Notes: generated from the letters alone by a model not told the origin. 36,057 nucleotides of DNA from a virus (IMGVR_UViG_3300032212_000687:1-36057), one strand, 5' to 3'; shown: positions 26,054 to 34,671, counted from the first letter of the stretch. Numbers and translations are program-made.

Positions 26054-26181
26054 TTTCCACTTTCCTTATAATTAATATTTTGTGATAATACCCTCAGACA
26101 TAAACAAATTATGCTCTGCGGGTAACGCCTTTAAGCTCCGCTTCGTAACGAGTGATCGGGATTCCGCCCCCGGTCGATTCG

Positions 26182-26373
26182 CTAAGCTACTTTTTTGTCG
26201 TCACTTTTTAGATATGATTTAATGTCGTGCCAAGCTATTACTGGAATTTTTAACTTTGTATTTGCCTCATGCATAACAGTAATATTGGGTTTTCTTCTTC
26301 CTGAAAGAACACTTTTTGCCATATCCGACTCGTAATGCTCTAATAAGAGTTCTTTTAATTTTTGTCTTTTCAT
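26182..26373 (-). CDS. Cro-like repressor, probably leaderless
   Basis: Divergent from cI; SVLSGRRKP helix; ATG 26373 lies 6 nt after a TACAAT box. Confidence 0.7.
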   Translation of the reverse strand: MKRQKLKELLLEHYESDMAKSVLSGRRKPNITVMHEANTKLKIPVIAWHDIKSYLKSDDKKVA

Positions 26374-26381
26374 AACTAGAT

Positions 26382-26456
26382 TGTACACAATGTACTCTTT
26401 AAGTAACTTTAAATAATTGTACATTATGTATTTTTACATTTTGTACAATTAGTACA
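26382..26456. promoter_or_regulatory. OR-like operators and divergent promoters
   Basis: GTAC-N5-GTAC at 26383-26395 and 26443-26455; GTAC-N5-GTAT at 26419-26431. Confidence 0.8.
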
Positions 26457-26471
26457 CAAGGAAAATTTATT

Positions 26472-27137
26472 ATGTTTGCAGAAAATTTCAATAAAGTTTT
26501 AAAAGATGCAGGGATTACAAACAAAGCCCTTGCAGAATATATTACTGATAATGGACGTAAAATAAGTAAAGAGTCAATTGCCAAATATAGAGATGGAAGC
26601 AGAACTCCTGATCCTGATATTATTTCTTTTGCTGCTGAAATGGCAAAAGTGACTGAGCAGTCTTTTTTTACTAGTGGGCCAGTTCCAACAATACAAATAG
26701 ATCCAAACTACACAGAGCTACCAACAATCTACGCCGGCGCAGGAGCTGTTGGGTATGCAGTAGATAATGCAGAAAGAAGATCTTATCCTAACGAGCTTAT
26801 CCCCCCGCATATCGCGTTGGATGAGAACGCATTAGTGATCATTGTCGCCGGAAACTCTATGGAACCTCTTTACTATGAAAACGATGTGGTTTTTATAGAT
26901 ATGGTTAATGGCCGGGATTTTATTCAGATAGACGGTACCTATTTAGTGCGGTATGGGGAAACAGTGCAGATCAAAGATGTTAAATTTTTAGGAAACAATG
27001 ATATTATGATATCGAGTAGAAATGACAGCCACACCTTCATGGTAAAAAAAGATCTTGGTATTGATGATTGGGAGATAGTTGGTAAACCTTATGTCAACAT
27101 TCATGCTACTGTTGGTAGTAAATTGAAGATTAATTAG
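26472..27137 (+). CDS. cI: CI-like repressor (XRE HTH + S24 peptidase)
   Basis: N-terminal HTH, AG cleavage site (YAGAG), VAGNSMEP serine and QIK lysine. Confidence 0.93.
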   Translation: MFAENFNKVLKDAGITNKALAEYITDNGRKISKESIAKYRDGSRTPDPDIISFAAEMAKVTEQSFFTSGPVPTIQIDPNYTELPTIYAGAGAVGYAVDNAERRSYPNELIPPHIALDENALVIIVAGNSMEPLYYENDVVFIDMVNGRDFIQIDGTYLVRYGETVQIKDVKFLGNNDIMISSRNDSHTFMVKKDLGIDDWEIVGKPYVNIHATVGSKLKIN

Positions 27138-27243
27138 CAGATCACCTTAGAATGGTTGGGGGATAGTTGCATTACGCAATGGTATATACTATTCGGTACG
27201 AAATATGCTAGACTGTCATTATATTTAAAATAAGGAGAGGATT

Positions 27244-27750
27244 ATGACAGACACTAATGAGTACAAACAAAATTCCTTGGCTATTGCTAATTATTTTATA
27301 GAAATAAGCGATCATAAAGTAACGCCTCTTCAGCTTGTCAAACTTGTGTTTTTAACTTATGGTTGGGGACTTGCGTTTTTTCAAAAAAGACTTTTTGAAG
27401 AAAGGATAGAAGCTTGGAAGTTCGGGCCAGTCATTCCATCCGTGTATCACACATTTAAGCATTATCAGAGAAATAATATTACGGAGCAATCTACAGAGTT
27501 AAAATTTGATGACAACAACCAATTTATTACATGTCATATTCCAATTATTGGAAAACATAAGGAAAAAATTGAATCTCTCATTAGAGAGGTGTGGGAAGTT
27601 CATAAAGAATACAATGCTTACGAACTAATTGATATGACTCATGTTGAAGGCTCTCCATGGAAGAAAGTATATAAAGACCATGAACGACACACCCAGCTCC
27701 AAGATGAAGATATACAAAATTACTACACAAAGCTAATGAATGAGCAGTAG
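27244..27750 (+). CDS. Panacea (DUF4065/SocA-like) antitoxin-domain protein
   Basis: IANYFI, LQLVKLVF, IEAWKFGPVIPSVY and MTHVEGSPW motifs. Confidence 0.9.
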   Translation: MTDTNEYKQNSLAIANYFIEISDHKVTPLQLVKLVFLTYGWGLAFFQKRLFEERIEAWKFGPVIPSVYHTFKHYQRNNITEQSTELKFDDNNQFITCHIPIIGKHKEKIESLIREVWEVHKEYNAYELIDMTHVEGSPWKKVYKDHERHTQLQDEDIQNYYTKLMNEQ

Positions 27751-28147
27751 TAGTGGTGGTATTAGGGTTGTCTCTGCACATGTAAATACAGTACAAGGCA
27801 ATGGATCATATTCCGAGAAAAATACAGTTACAAAAGCAAAAGAAGAAAACGAAGCAGCAGAGCACAATGACAAACAAGATGTCCGGGGTCACATTGTAAG
27901 GATTTTTAAACGTATTCTTAGCGCTGGAAGCATCTTTATTATTGCTGTAATGTTTATATATTTTATATCTTTAGTTCTTGAGCCATTTGTTTTAAATGTA
28001 GGATTGGTAAAAAAGAATTTTGAGATGCTATTCTTTAAAATAATTGAGCTTTTGCCTTGGGTGCTTTTGTTTATATTTGGCGATAAAGCAAAAATATTTA
28101 ATTTTCTAAAACTTGCAAACTCCTCTGAAGAAGATAAAAAAGATTAA
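27740..28147 (+). CDS. Two-TM membrane protein, putative partner toxin of Panacea
   Basis: Overlaps the Panacea gene; two hydrophobic segments. Confidence 0.6.
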   Translation: MSSSSGGIRVVSAHVNTVQGNGSYSEKNTVTKAKEENEAAEHNDKQDVRGHIVRIFKRILSAGSIFIIAVMFIYFISLVLEPFVLNVGLVKKNFEMLFFKIIELLPWVLLFIFGDKAKIFNFLKLANSSEEDKKD

Positions 28148-28152
28148 ACATT

Positions 28153-28536
28153 TTATGGTCGATAATACAGGCTCATAGACTTATCCGGTGTAATAGTCCA
28201 TATAGTAATCCCCTCTTTCTCAGCTACCTTCTTTAATCGGATCAAATACTTTTCATCTTTCACATGATCTTCCATGATAAGCAACACAGCAGGTTTTCTA
28301 TTTGTCATATATCCATAGAATAGAGCTTGTCCTATACTCTCAGCCCACTTACTCGCAAAGTCTGCCTCTACTGCATATTCATCCATAAGACAATCCACGC
28401 GAGTCTTATCTTCAAGCCTGTATTCGACTATCCCCTGCTTCTCGTCACAAAATATTTGCTGATACCATTTTTCTTTATGCAAATGCTTCGCGAAACTGAT
28501 ATTGCATAGTGCTAGAAACAATATAAAAAATTTCAT
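28153..28536 (-). CDS. Exported protein with PD-(D/E)xK-like motifs
   Basis: Signal peptide MKFFILFLALCNISFA; E..RVD..AVEAD..IGQALFY. Confidence 0.65.
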   Translation of the reverse strand: MKFFILFLALCNISFAKHLHKEKWYQQIFCDEKQGIVEYRLEDKTRVDCLMDEYAVEADFASKWAESIGQALFYGYMTNRKPAVLLIMEDHVKDEKYLIRLKKVAEKEGITIWTITPDKSMSLYYRP

Positions 28537-28542
28537 ATGGAA

Positions 28543-29325
28543 TTACTCATCTTTAGGCACTATGTTGTAAAGTTTGGTGATTTCATACAATTTCGGGGAC
28601 CCGTTTACTTTATGCACCGTGACATCCACCAGGAAGTAGTTATTATATGGGTTGTCTAGTATTGCTTTACTATCATCTGCATTAAGTATCGTTGTAGCAA
28701 CTGCTTTTCGTTTCAAAATATCATCACAGTATGCCTTGTGCTTGACTTGCTTATCACTGTCTATGGTTTGATGCATCTCGATTAGAACTTTTTCATGAGC
28801 TGGACTTTCTTTTTCTTCTGCCGGAGAGGATTTTATCTGTTTTACAATATCGGCACTTTTCTTTATTTTGTCTGCCTCCTCTGAGTTGATCTGAAAAATG
28901 TTTATTTCATTATTATTTCCGCCATACACCTCTATGCTCAAAGATGATGAACTATTGTTTTCAATAGGCTTAACAATAGTTTGAACCTGGTTTGCGCTGT
29001 TTACTGTCAGTGACGCATCATTTTCTATCTCATTTATAGTTTTATCTTCCAGCCCTATATAGTTCTTTAAATACCCAGTGAAAGAGGCTACGGTATTAAA
29101 ACTCTCTACTATGGGAAGAACATGCGAAGCAAATATAAAAGACAGCTGATATATATCGCACCCCTCTTTTACCCCCTGCAACATTACTCTCGTATTTTTT
29201 AGCCCATGCTCTTTGCTGATCCTCTCTGATGCAAGCTCGCTTAATGATATTAGTGAGTTTGCCATATCTATAAGGTCAACGGGTTCATTGTGTCTAAGTC
29301 TTACGTCTATTCGTAAATTTTCCAT
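28543..29325 (-). CDS. Accessory hypothetical protein
   Basis: Long ORF in immunity region; likely start MENLRID after GAGG. Confidence 0.75.
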   Translation of the reverse strand: MENLRIDVRLRHNEPVDLIDMANSLISLSELASERISKEHGLKNTRVMLQGVKEGCDIYQLSFIFASHVLPIVESFNTVASFTGYLKNYIGLEDKTINEIENDASLTVNSANQVQTIVKPIENNSSSSLSIEVYGGNNNEINIFQINSEEADKIKKSADIVKQIKSSPAEEKESPAHEKVLIEMHQTIDSDKQVKHKAYCDDILKRKAVATTILNADDSKAILDNPYNNYFLVDVTVHKVNGSPKLYEITKLYNIVPKDE

Positions 29326-29407
29326 ATTTATAAGCACCTCTTTCTTGTTAAACATTATTATACCTCATTCGTTAATTTATGTAAGTTTAGCATAGATTTT
29401 ACATATT

Positions 29408-29459
29408 TGTACATATTGTACTCTTTTAAGCTGTCTATAAGTAGTACATAGTGTACAAT
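29408..29459 (+). promoter_or_regulatory. OL/PL-like operators and promoter
   Basis: GTAC-N5-GTAC at 29409-29421 and 29444-29456; TACAAT at 29454-29459, same layout as the cro promoter. Confidence 0.8.
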
Positions 29460-29465
29460 ACAAAC

Positions 29466-30180
29466 ATGCAAACGATTTAGACCGTTTGAGTTCAATCACT
29501 TATCAAGAACCCTCTTGTCAGGATAGAGGTTAAATAATCAAGACACAAACTTTTTAATAAGTCGTAGGAATACAGCGCACTGATACATCGGTTTCGAGAT
29601 ACGGGGAAACGCTACGACTTAGAAAGAGTTTTTAAAAAGCCACTATGAATGACCACAATCAAAAAAGATTCATCGGGACTCTTGGTCGAGGTGTCCGGTA
29701 GTGACTTAAAGAGAGTTTTTTATGAAGTGGTGTATCGCTTGCAATAACCCTAATTCTTTGACATATGGCAGACGCTTGGACATGGCAACCACTTCACCGA
29801 GAGCTTTAAAAGAAGATCGTATAAACCGAACCTGACTCCCAAAGATCTAACTCATACTTATCGAAAACAATTTAACTTTTTTCGCTTGTGGACGTGCGAT
29901 TGCGGTTTTCTTTTAAAGTTCTCATTCATATGCAACGACTAGCAAAACGAACTGAGTAAGTCAAAACTCTTAGCCTTGACAAGGTAACGGTTTGCGGTGG
30001 GTTGTGTATGTGTGAGGACTTTCCTTAGCGTGTGCCTTTGGTGGCATTTGTAGTGTATGTTTAGTTAGTGAAACGAAGTGTTGCCTCTTTTGGTGGAGGC
30101 TGAATATATAAATAAAGAATGTTCAAAGAGTCTGCTTATCTCTTCCCTAATGGATAAGTAAGCTCACTCTTTGAGGATCA
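29466..30180 (+). ncRNA. Long structured early leader / candidate ncRNA array
   Basis: No long plus-strand ORF; at least six long inverted-repeat units. Confidence 0.55.
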
Positions 30181-30194
30181 TGTAAGGGGTTTAT

Positions 30195-30374
30195 ATGAGA
30201 TATGACGAGATCAGAGACGAGCTTCGCAGATTTAAAGAAGCAGGTATCGATGTGACAGTAGGACAGTTTGCAAGATACATTGAAACGAAGTCTAAAGAGG
30301 TGGTTGTAAAACCTTACAAGTTTAAGATACTGACAGGACGAGCGACTAAACACAACCTGTCAGCAATCGCATAA
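30195..30374 (+). CDS. 59-aa basic early protein
   Basis: MRYDEIRDELRRFK...LSAIA; AAGGGG RBS; read manually. Confidence 0.65.
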   Translation: MRYDEIRDELRRFKEAGIDVTVGQFARYIETKSKEVVVKPYKFKILTGRATKHNLSAIA

Positions 30375-30468
30375 AAACGATAAGGAATGATAGCATGAAA
30401 AAACTTATTCTTAAAAAAACAAAACCTGTAAATAACATTTGGTATCCAGGTCCAACGGCTAGTTAATT

Positions 30469-30579
30469 ATGATTGTTGAATTTATATTAGCAATGTCCGG
30501 GATCATAGTTTGTGGTTTATGCATAGTTTGGTATGACCGCTATAAGGAAGATAATAGAGAATGGGGAGAAAATCCATGA
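30469..30579 (+). CDS. 36-aa single-TM peptide
   Basis: MIVEFILAMSGIIVCGLCIVWYDRYK...; ATGA overlap with recE-like gene. Confidence 0.5.
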   Translation: MIVEFILAMSGIIVCGLCIVWYDRYKEDNREWGENP

Positions 30580-31361
30580 CAAATGAAGCGTATCATGCTA
30601 GACCCGAGCTAAGTGCTTCTAGCATTAAGACTATTTTAAAAAATCCGTATGAGTTTTTGAACCCGATAAGAAGAGAGACAAAAAACTTTTCTATAGGGTC
30701 CGCTGTTCATAAGCTGATTTTAGAGCCTCATGAGTTCGATGATGAATTTGTGGTTGCTCCCGAGATCAATAAGCGAACCAAAGAAGGAAAAGATGTTTGG
30801 GCAAAGTTTGAAGAGGCAAATCAAAACAAGACCGTTCTATCTAAAGAAGATTTCTACTTATGTAAAAGCTGTTCAGAATCTGTTCTACAACATGATGAGG
30901 CTAAGTTATTCTTAACCGGTGGAGTCGCAGAGAGTAGCCACTTCGGAAAACTTGAAGGGGTGTCGGTCAAATGCCGTCCTGACTATTACCGTGAGGACAT
31001 CGGTGTTGTTGTTGACGTAAAGACAACGCAAGACGCTTCTCCTGACGGGTTTGTTAAAGACGTTGCAAACTTCGGCTATTACGTTCAGGCGAAGTTCTAC
31101 ATAGACACACTTGAGAGTATTGGCAAAAAAGCAGATAAATTTCTATTTATTGTCGTTCAAAAGACCGCCCCTTTCATGGTCGGTATGTATGAGCTTGATC
31201 CAACTGCTTTGGACTTTGGGAAAGATGAGTACCTTAGAGCGTTGGACATCTATAGTCACATAGAAGATTTTAAAATGCCTATATTTAAAGATACAGTTGA
31301 TGAAACAGTAGTACAAACACTAACCCTTCCATCATGGGTTTATTATAAGAAAGGAGCTTAA
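30576..31361 (+). CDS. RecE/exonuclease VIII-like PD-(D/E)xK nuclease (DUF3799)
   Basis: YHA..LSASSIK, GSAVH, KCRPD..DVKTT and GYYVQA..Y motifs. Confidence 0.92.
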   Translation: MTNEAYHARPELSASSIKTILKNPYEFLNPIRRETKNFSIGSAVHKLILEPHEFDDEFVVAPEINKRTKEGKDVWAKFEEANQNKTVLSKEDFYLCKSCSESVLQHDEAKLFLTGGVAESSHFGKLEGVSVKCRPDYYREDIGVVVDVKTTQDASPDGFVKDVANFGYYVQAKFYIDTLESIGKKADKFLFIVVQKTAPFMVGMYELDPTALDFGKDEYLRALDIYSHIEDFKMPIFKDTVDETVVQTLTLPSWVYYKKGA

Positions 31362-31363
31362 TT

Positions 31364-32152
31364 ATGCGTCAAGTAGCTGTAAGAGAGCAAGAGATTAAAA
31401 CTGGTCTTGTTGCTCAACAAAAGATCATCAAATCTCTTCTTGGTGACAAAGCAAAGTCTGATAAGTTTATGGCAACGGCGGTCAAAGTAGCCAATGACTA
31501 TAAGCTATCAAAATGTAATACGAACAGTATCATCGATGCATGTGTAACTGTGGCTCAGATGGGTCTTGACCTAAGCCCTATCCTATCTCACGCTTACCTT
31601 GTGCCTTTTGGTAATAACGTTCAGCTTATTGTATCTGCAAGAGGATACACGGCATTATTATCGCGTACTGGATGGAAGACTAAGACCTACATCGTAAATG
31701 AAGCCGACACCTTTGAATACAAAATAGATGGTTTTAATGAGATTGTTACGTTTGAAAAAGACATTGACGATGAAAAAGAGATCTTTAAATATGCCGTTGC
31801 TTTGGCTCAGTCACCGGACGGGACTTTGTACGTTGAAGTGATGAACAAAAAACAAATTGATAAACACAGACAGTCAAGCAGCAATCAAAAGGACAAACCT
31901 AGCGGAGTGTGGGCTGAGTGGTTTGCTGAAATGGCAAAGAAAACTGTTTTGAAAAAGCTTGTCAAGTCTCTGCCTATGGGTGAAGATGTTTCGATGGTGC
32001 TTAGTAAGGATGATAAGCCTGTTGAAGCAGAGATCATTGAACAGCCTGTTGATCTAAATGACATGGTTGCACAGAACCATGAGACAGGTGAAGTTGATGA
32101 GGCTAACGATGTCTTAGAGGATGTAGAGTATCAAGAAAAGGGAAGTGCATAA
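31364..32152 (+). CDS. recT: RecT recombinase
   Basis: GLDLSP..AYLVPF and W..WFAEMAKKTVLK motifs. Confidence 0.92.
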   Translation: MRQVAVREQEIKTGLVAQQKIIKSLLGDKAKSDKFMATAVKVANDYKLSKCNTNSIIDACVTVAQMGLDLSPILSHAYLVPFGNNVQLIVSARGYTALLSRTGWKTKTYIVNEADTFEYKIDGFNEIVTFEKDIDDEKEIFKYAVALAQSPDGTLYVEVMNKKQIDKHRQSSSNQKDKPSGVWAEWFAEMAKKTVLKKLVKSLPMGEDVSMVLSKDDKPVEAEIIEQPVDLNDMVAQNHETGEVDEANDVLEDVEYQEKGSA

Positions 32153-32631
32153 TGTATAACAAAGTAGTAATGGTCGGAAACCTGACCAGAGATATTGAGC
32201 TTAGATATGCCCAGTCCGGGAGCGCAATCGCAAACACAGCCATTGCGACAAGCCGTAAGTTCACACAGAACGGAGAGCGTAAAGAAGAAGTGTGTTTTAT
32301 GGACATTACTTTTTTTGGTCGTTCTGCTGAAGTTGCCAACCAATACCTAAGACGTGGGAGTAAAATCTTAGTAGAAGGTCGTTTGAAATTTGATCAGTGG
32401 GTTGCCCAAGATGGTAGCAAACGTTCAAAACATTCTGTGATCGTTGAAACTATGCAGATGATGGATAGTAAGTCAGATGGTCAACAACAAGATCAAGCGC
32501 ATCAATCACACACAGATTATCAACAGCAGCCTGACAATCAACAGATGCAGCAACAATCTTATGGCGGTCAACAAACCATGCCTACTCAAACTCCTGAAAT
32601 TGACATTGACGAAGACGAGATCCCCTTTTAA
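32152..32631 (+). CDS. ssb: Single-stranded DNA-binding protein
   Basis: NKVVMVGNLTRDIELRY, VEGRL motifs and DEDEIPF tail. Confidence 0.97.
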   Translation: MYNKVVMVGNLTRDIELRYAQSGSAIANTAIATSRKFTQNGERKEEVCFMDITFFGRSAEVANQYLRRGSKILVEGRLKFDQWVAQDGSKRSKHSVIVETMQMMDSKSDGQQQDQAHQSHTDYQQQPDNQQMQQQSYGGQQTMPTQTPEIDIDEDEIPF

Positions 32632-32775
32632 ATGAGAAAACTTCTAAACAAGCTGATCTGCTCCATAGCAGGTCATAAACATAAAATAAAACACAACTCT
32701 TACAGCTATGACTATACTACAATTCGTGAGTGTGATCGCTGCAGTAAGGTTGAATTTCTAACATGGAGTAAGTAA
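32632..32775 (+). CDS. 47-aa DUF1660-like Zn-binding phage protein
   Basis: LIC..AGHK...CDRC; read manually. Confidence 0.6.
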   Translation: MRKLLNKLICSIAGHKHKIKHNSYSYDYTTIRECDRCSKVEFLTWSK

Positions 32776-33228
32776 ATGACACGGATGCCAGTATACAGAG
32801 CAAAACGTAAAGATGACGGTGGATACATTGAGGGTAATTTAGTTGAAGATGAAGGGGTGTTTTACATAACTAAAAATCCAGTAATCTTTTCAAACCCTAG
32901 TCAACCTTATTTTACAGGTGAATCTCAATATTTATTTGAAATAGACCCCTCAACACTAGCAATACACTTACCTGGTATGCCATATAAAAACGACAAGCCT
33001 ATTTTTGCATCATTGAGTGAAGGTGGAAAGGGTGGGGATATTTGGAGCTACGAAGACCATGATGCGGATATTATTAGATACATAGTAGTCTTTGACAAAC
33101 AGACTTTATCTATCGGTCTAATAGACATTGATAACAAAGATTGGGAAGAGTTTTTATTTGACTTAACAGATGACTACAAAGCAAGAAGTGAAGTAACAGG
33201 CATATATGAAGGGGTAGACTATGAATAA
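32776..33228 (+). CDS. YopX-like protein
   Basis: YRAKRKD..IEGNL, EIDPSTL and KPIF..GDI motifs. Confidence 0.75.
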   Translation: MTRMPVYRAKRKDDGGYIEGNLVEDEGVFYITKNPVIFSNPSQPYFTGESQYLFEIDPSTLAIHLPGMPYKNDKPIFASLSEGGKGGDIWSYEDHDADIIRYIVVFDKQTLSIGLIDIDNKDWEEFLFDLTDDYKARSEVTGIYEGVDYE

Positions 33229-33538
33229 AAACGATGTTGAAAATATAGCCTTGATTTTAGATGATGCTAAAAACAAAGGTGTATCTGGTTTTGATTGGTG
33301 GCTTGAACGACTGAGTGAACTTGATGAACGTATAGCGGATAATGCTGAATTCTTTTTCACACTTCAAAATATGGAAAACTTTATGGACGATGAAATTGAC
33401 AGATTGATGGTTGAAAAATTCGGACACCATTGGTCTATAAGAAAATCCATATCTATTGGACATGTTAAAGAAGCTAGGGAAGAAGCAGAGCTTACTGCTC
33501 GTAAGAAATTCTTTCCTGAAGAATTTGAAGATGAGTAA
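33221..33538 (+). CDS. Hypothetical protein
   Basis: Coupled ORF. Confidence 0.65.
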   Translation: MNKNDVENIALILDDAKNKGVSGFDWWLERLSELDERIADNAEFFFTLQNMENFMDDEIDRLMVEKFGHHWSIRKSISIGHVKEAREEAELTARKKFFPEEFEDE

Positions 33539-33550
33539 AAAGGACAACCA

Positions 33551-34105
33551 ATGCAAGGGATAACATTCAACCAACAAGGCATTAAGGGTATAGAGAGTGG
33601 TACTAAGTGTATGACTCGTAGACCGATAAAGCAAAACAAAATAGAATCGTTTATAGAGCAGAATAGCTACACGTTTAACTTTAGCCATTTTATTGAAGAA
33701 CTTAATAAAAGTCTTAATGGTTGGTACATAAGCCATAGTTTCAAAAATGTTGTTAATGAGTTCCTAAAATACAAAATAGGTGAAAAAGTAGAGCTACTGG
33801 AAGTTGTTTTTATAAATGGCGAGGAAGATTTATTAATACATGGTGAAGCTGTAGTAAAGTCTATCAGGGTAGAGCGTTTGCAGGATATTAGTGAAGAGGA
33901 TTGTGTTAAAGAAGGACTTGCAGTTTATATGGGAGCAGATAAATCTGATTGCTTAAGCTATCTCGGGCAAGGGGATACAATGACACATCAAGAGTGCTAT
34001 GAAGAGTATGTTTGGAACAACCTACCATACAAAGCACCTTATGATTGGAAGAGTAACCCGTATTGTTTTATATACGAATTTGAGAGGGTACAGAATGAGA
34101 TTTAA
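33551..34105 (+). CDS. ASCH-like phage protein
   Basis: GTKCMTRR, VERLQDISEED..EG and W.SNPY..YEF motifs. Confidence 0.75.
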   Translation: MQGITFNQQGIKGIESGTKCMTRRPIKQNKIESFIEQNSYTFNFSHFIEELNKSLNGWYISHSFKNVVNEFLKYKIGEKVELLEVVFINGEEDLLIHGEAVVKSIRVERLQDISEEDCVKEGLAVYMGADKSDCLSYLGQGDTMTHQECYEEYVWNNLPYKAPYDWKSNPYCFIYEFERVQNEI

Positions 34106-34559
34106 AAAATTTATTATTGTAAATAATGAAAAACACTACCAGTGCAATAAATGCAAATGCTTTAAAAGTAATGATAAATTTTATAAGGACAAAAGAAGCC
34201 CAATAGGCATAACTTCTTCTTGTAAGCCTTGTCATACAGAAACAACATTAAAAACTAGAGACAAAGATAATGCTAGAAGACTAACTAGGGAGTCCGCTGA
34301 AAGACAAAGAAAAAGAAACCCTGAAAAGTTTAGAGAGATATGGAGAAAAGCATCTTCTAAAAAAAGGGGTAGTAAAAAAGTTAAAGCTAGAGATGCTGTA
34401 AATAAAGCTGTCTTAAAAGGAGATATTATCAAGCCTATTTTATGTGAGATATGTAGACAAGACAAAAAGCTAAATGGGCATCATTCAGACTATAATAAGC
34501 CACTAGAAGTAGAGTGGCTGTGCAACAAGTGCCATGGCGAAGAACATAGACATGACTAA
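34095..34559 (+). CDS. Zn-finger/HNH-like endonuclease
   Basis: CNKC, CKPC, CEIC..HHSDYNKPLEVEWLCNKCH; likely start ATG 34095. Confidence 0.75.
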   Translation: MRFKKFIIVNNEKHYQCNKCKCFKSNDKFYKDKRSPIGITSSCKPCHTETTLKTRDKDNARRLTRESAERQRKRNPEKFREIWRKASSKKRGSKKVKARDAVNKAVLKGDIIKPILCEICRQDKKLNGHHSDYNKPLEVEWLCNKCHGEEHRHD

Positions 34560-34671
34560 CCAACGCTCTTATGTGTTTGTGTATGAGTTTCAAAAAGCTG
34601 CCGCGTGAAAAAGTTTATGTGATCCCGTTCGGAGAAACAATCAAAACAAAAATTACTGTTAAAGGACTCCT

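Noticed and set aside
26374-26424. N-terminal extension of cro in the ORF track
   Set aside because: It runs through the operators and the -10 box
29466-30180. CRISPR array or tRNA cluster
   Set aside because: No identical direct repeats with regular spacers, no cas genes, and no tRNA T-loop/CCA pattern seen
30147-30353. 68-aa minus-strand ORF in the track
   Set aside because: The plus-strand 59-aa ORF with an RBS in operon orientation is more plausible
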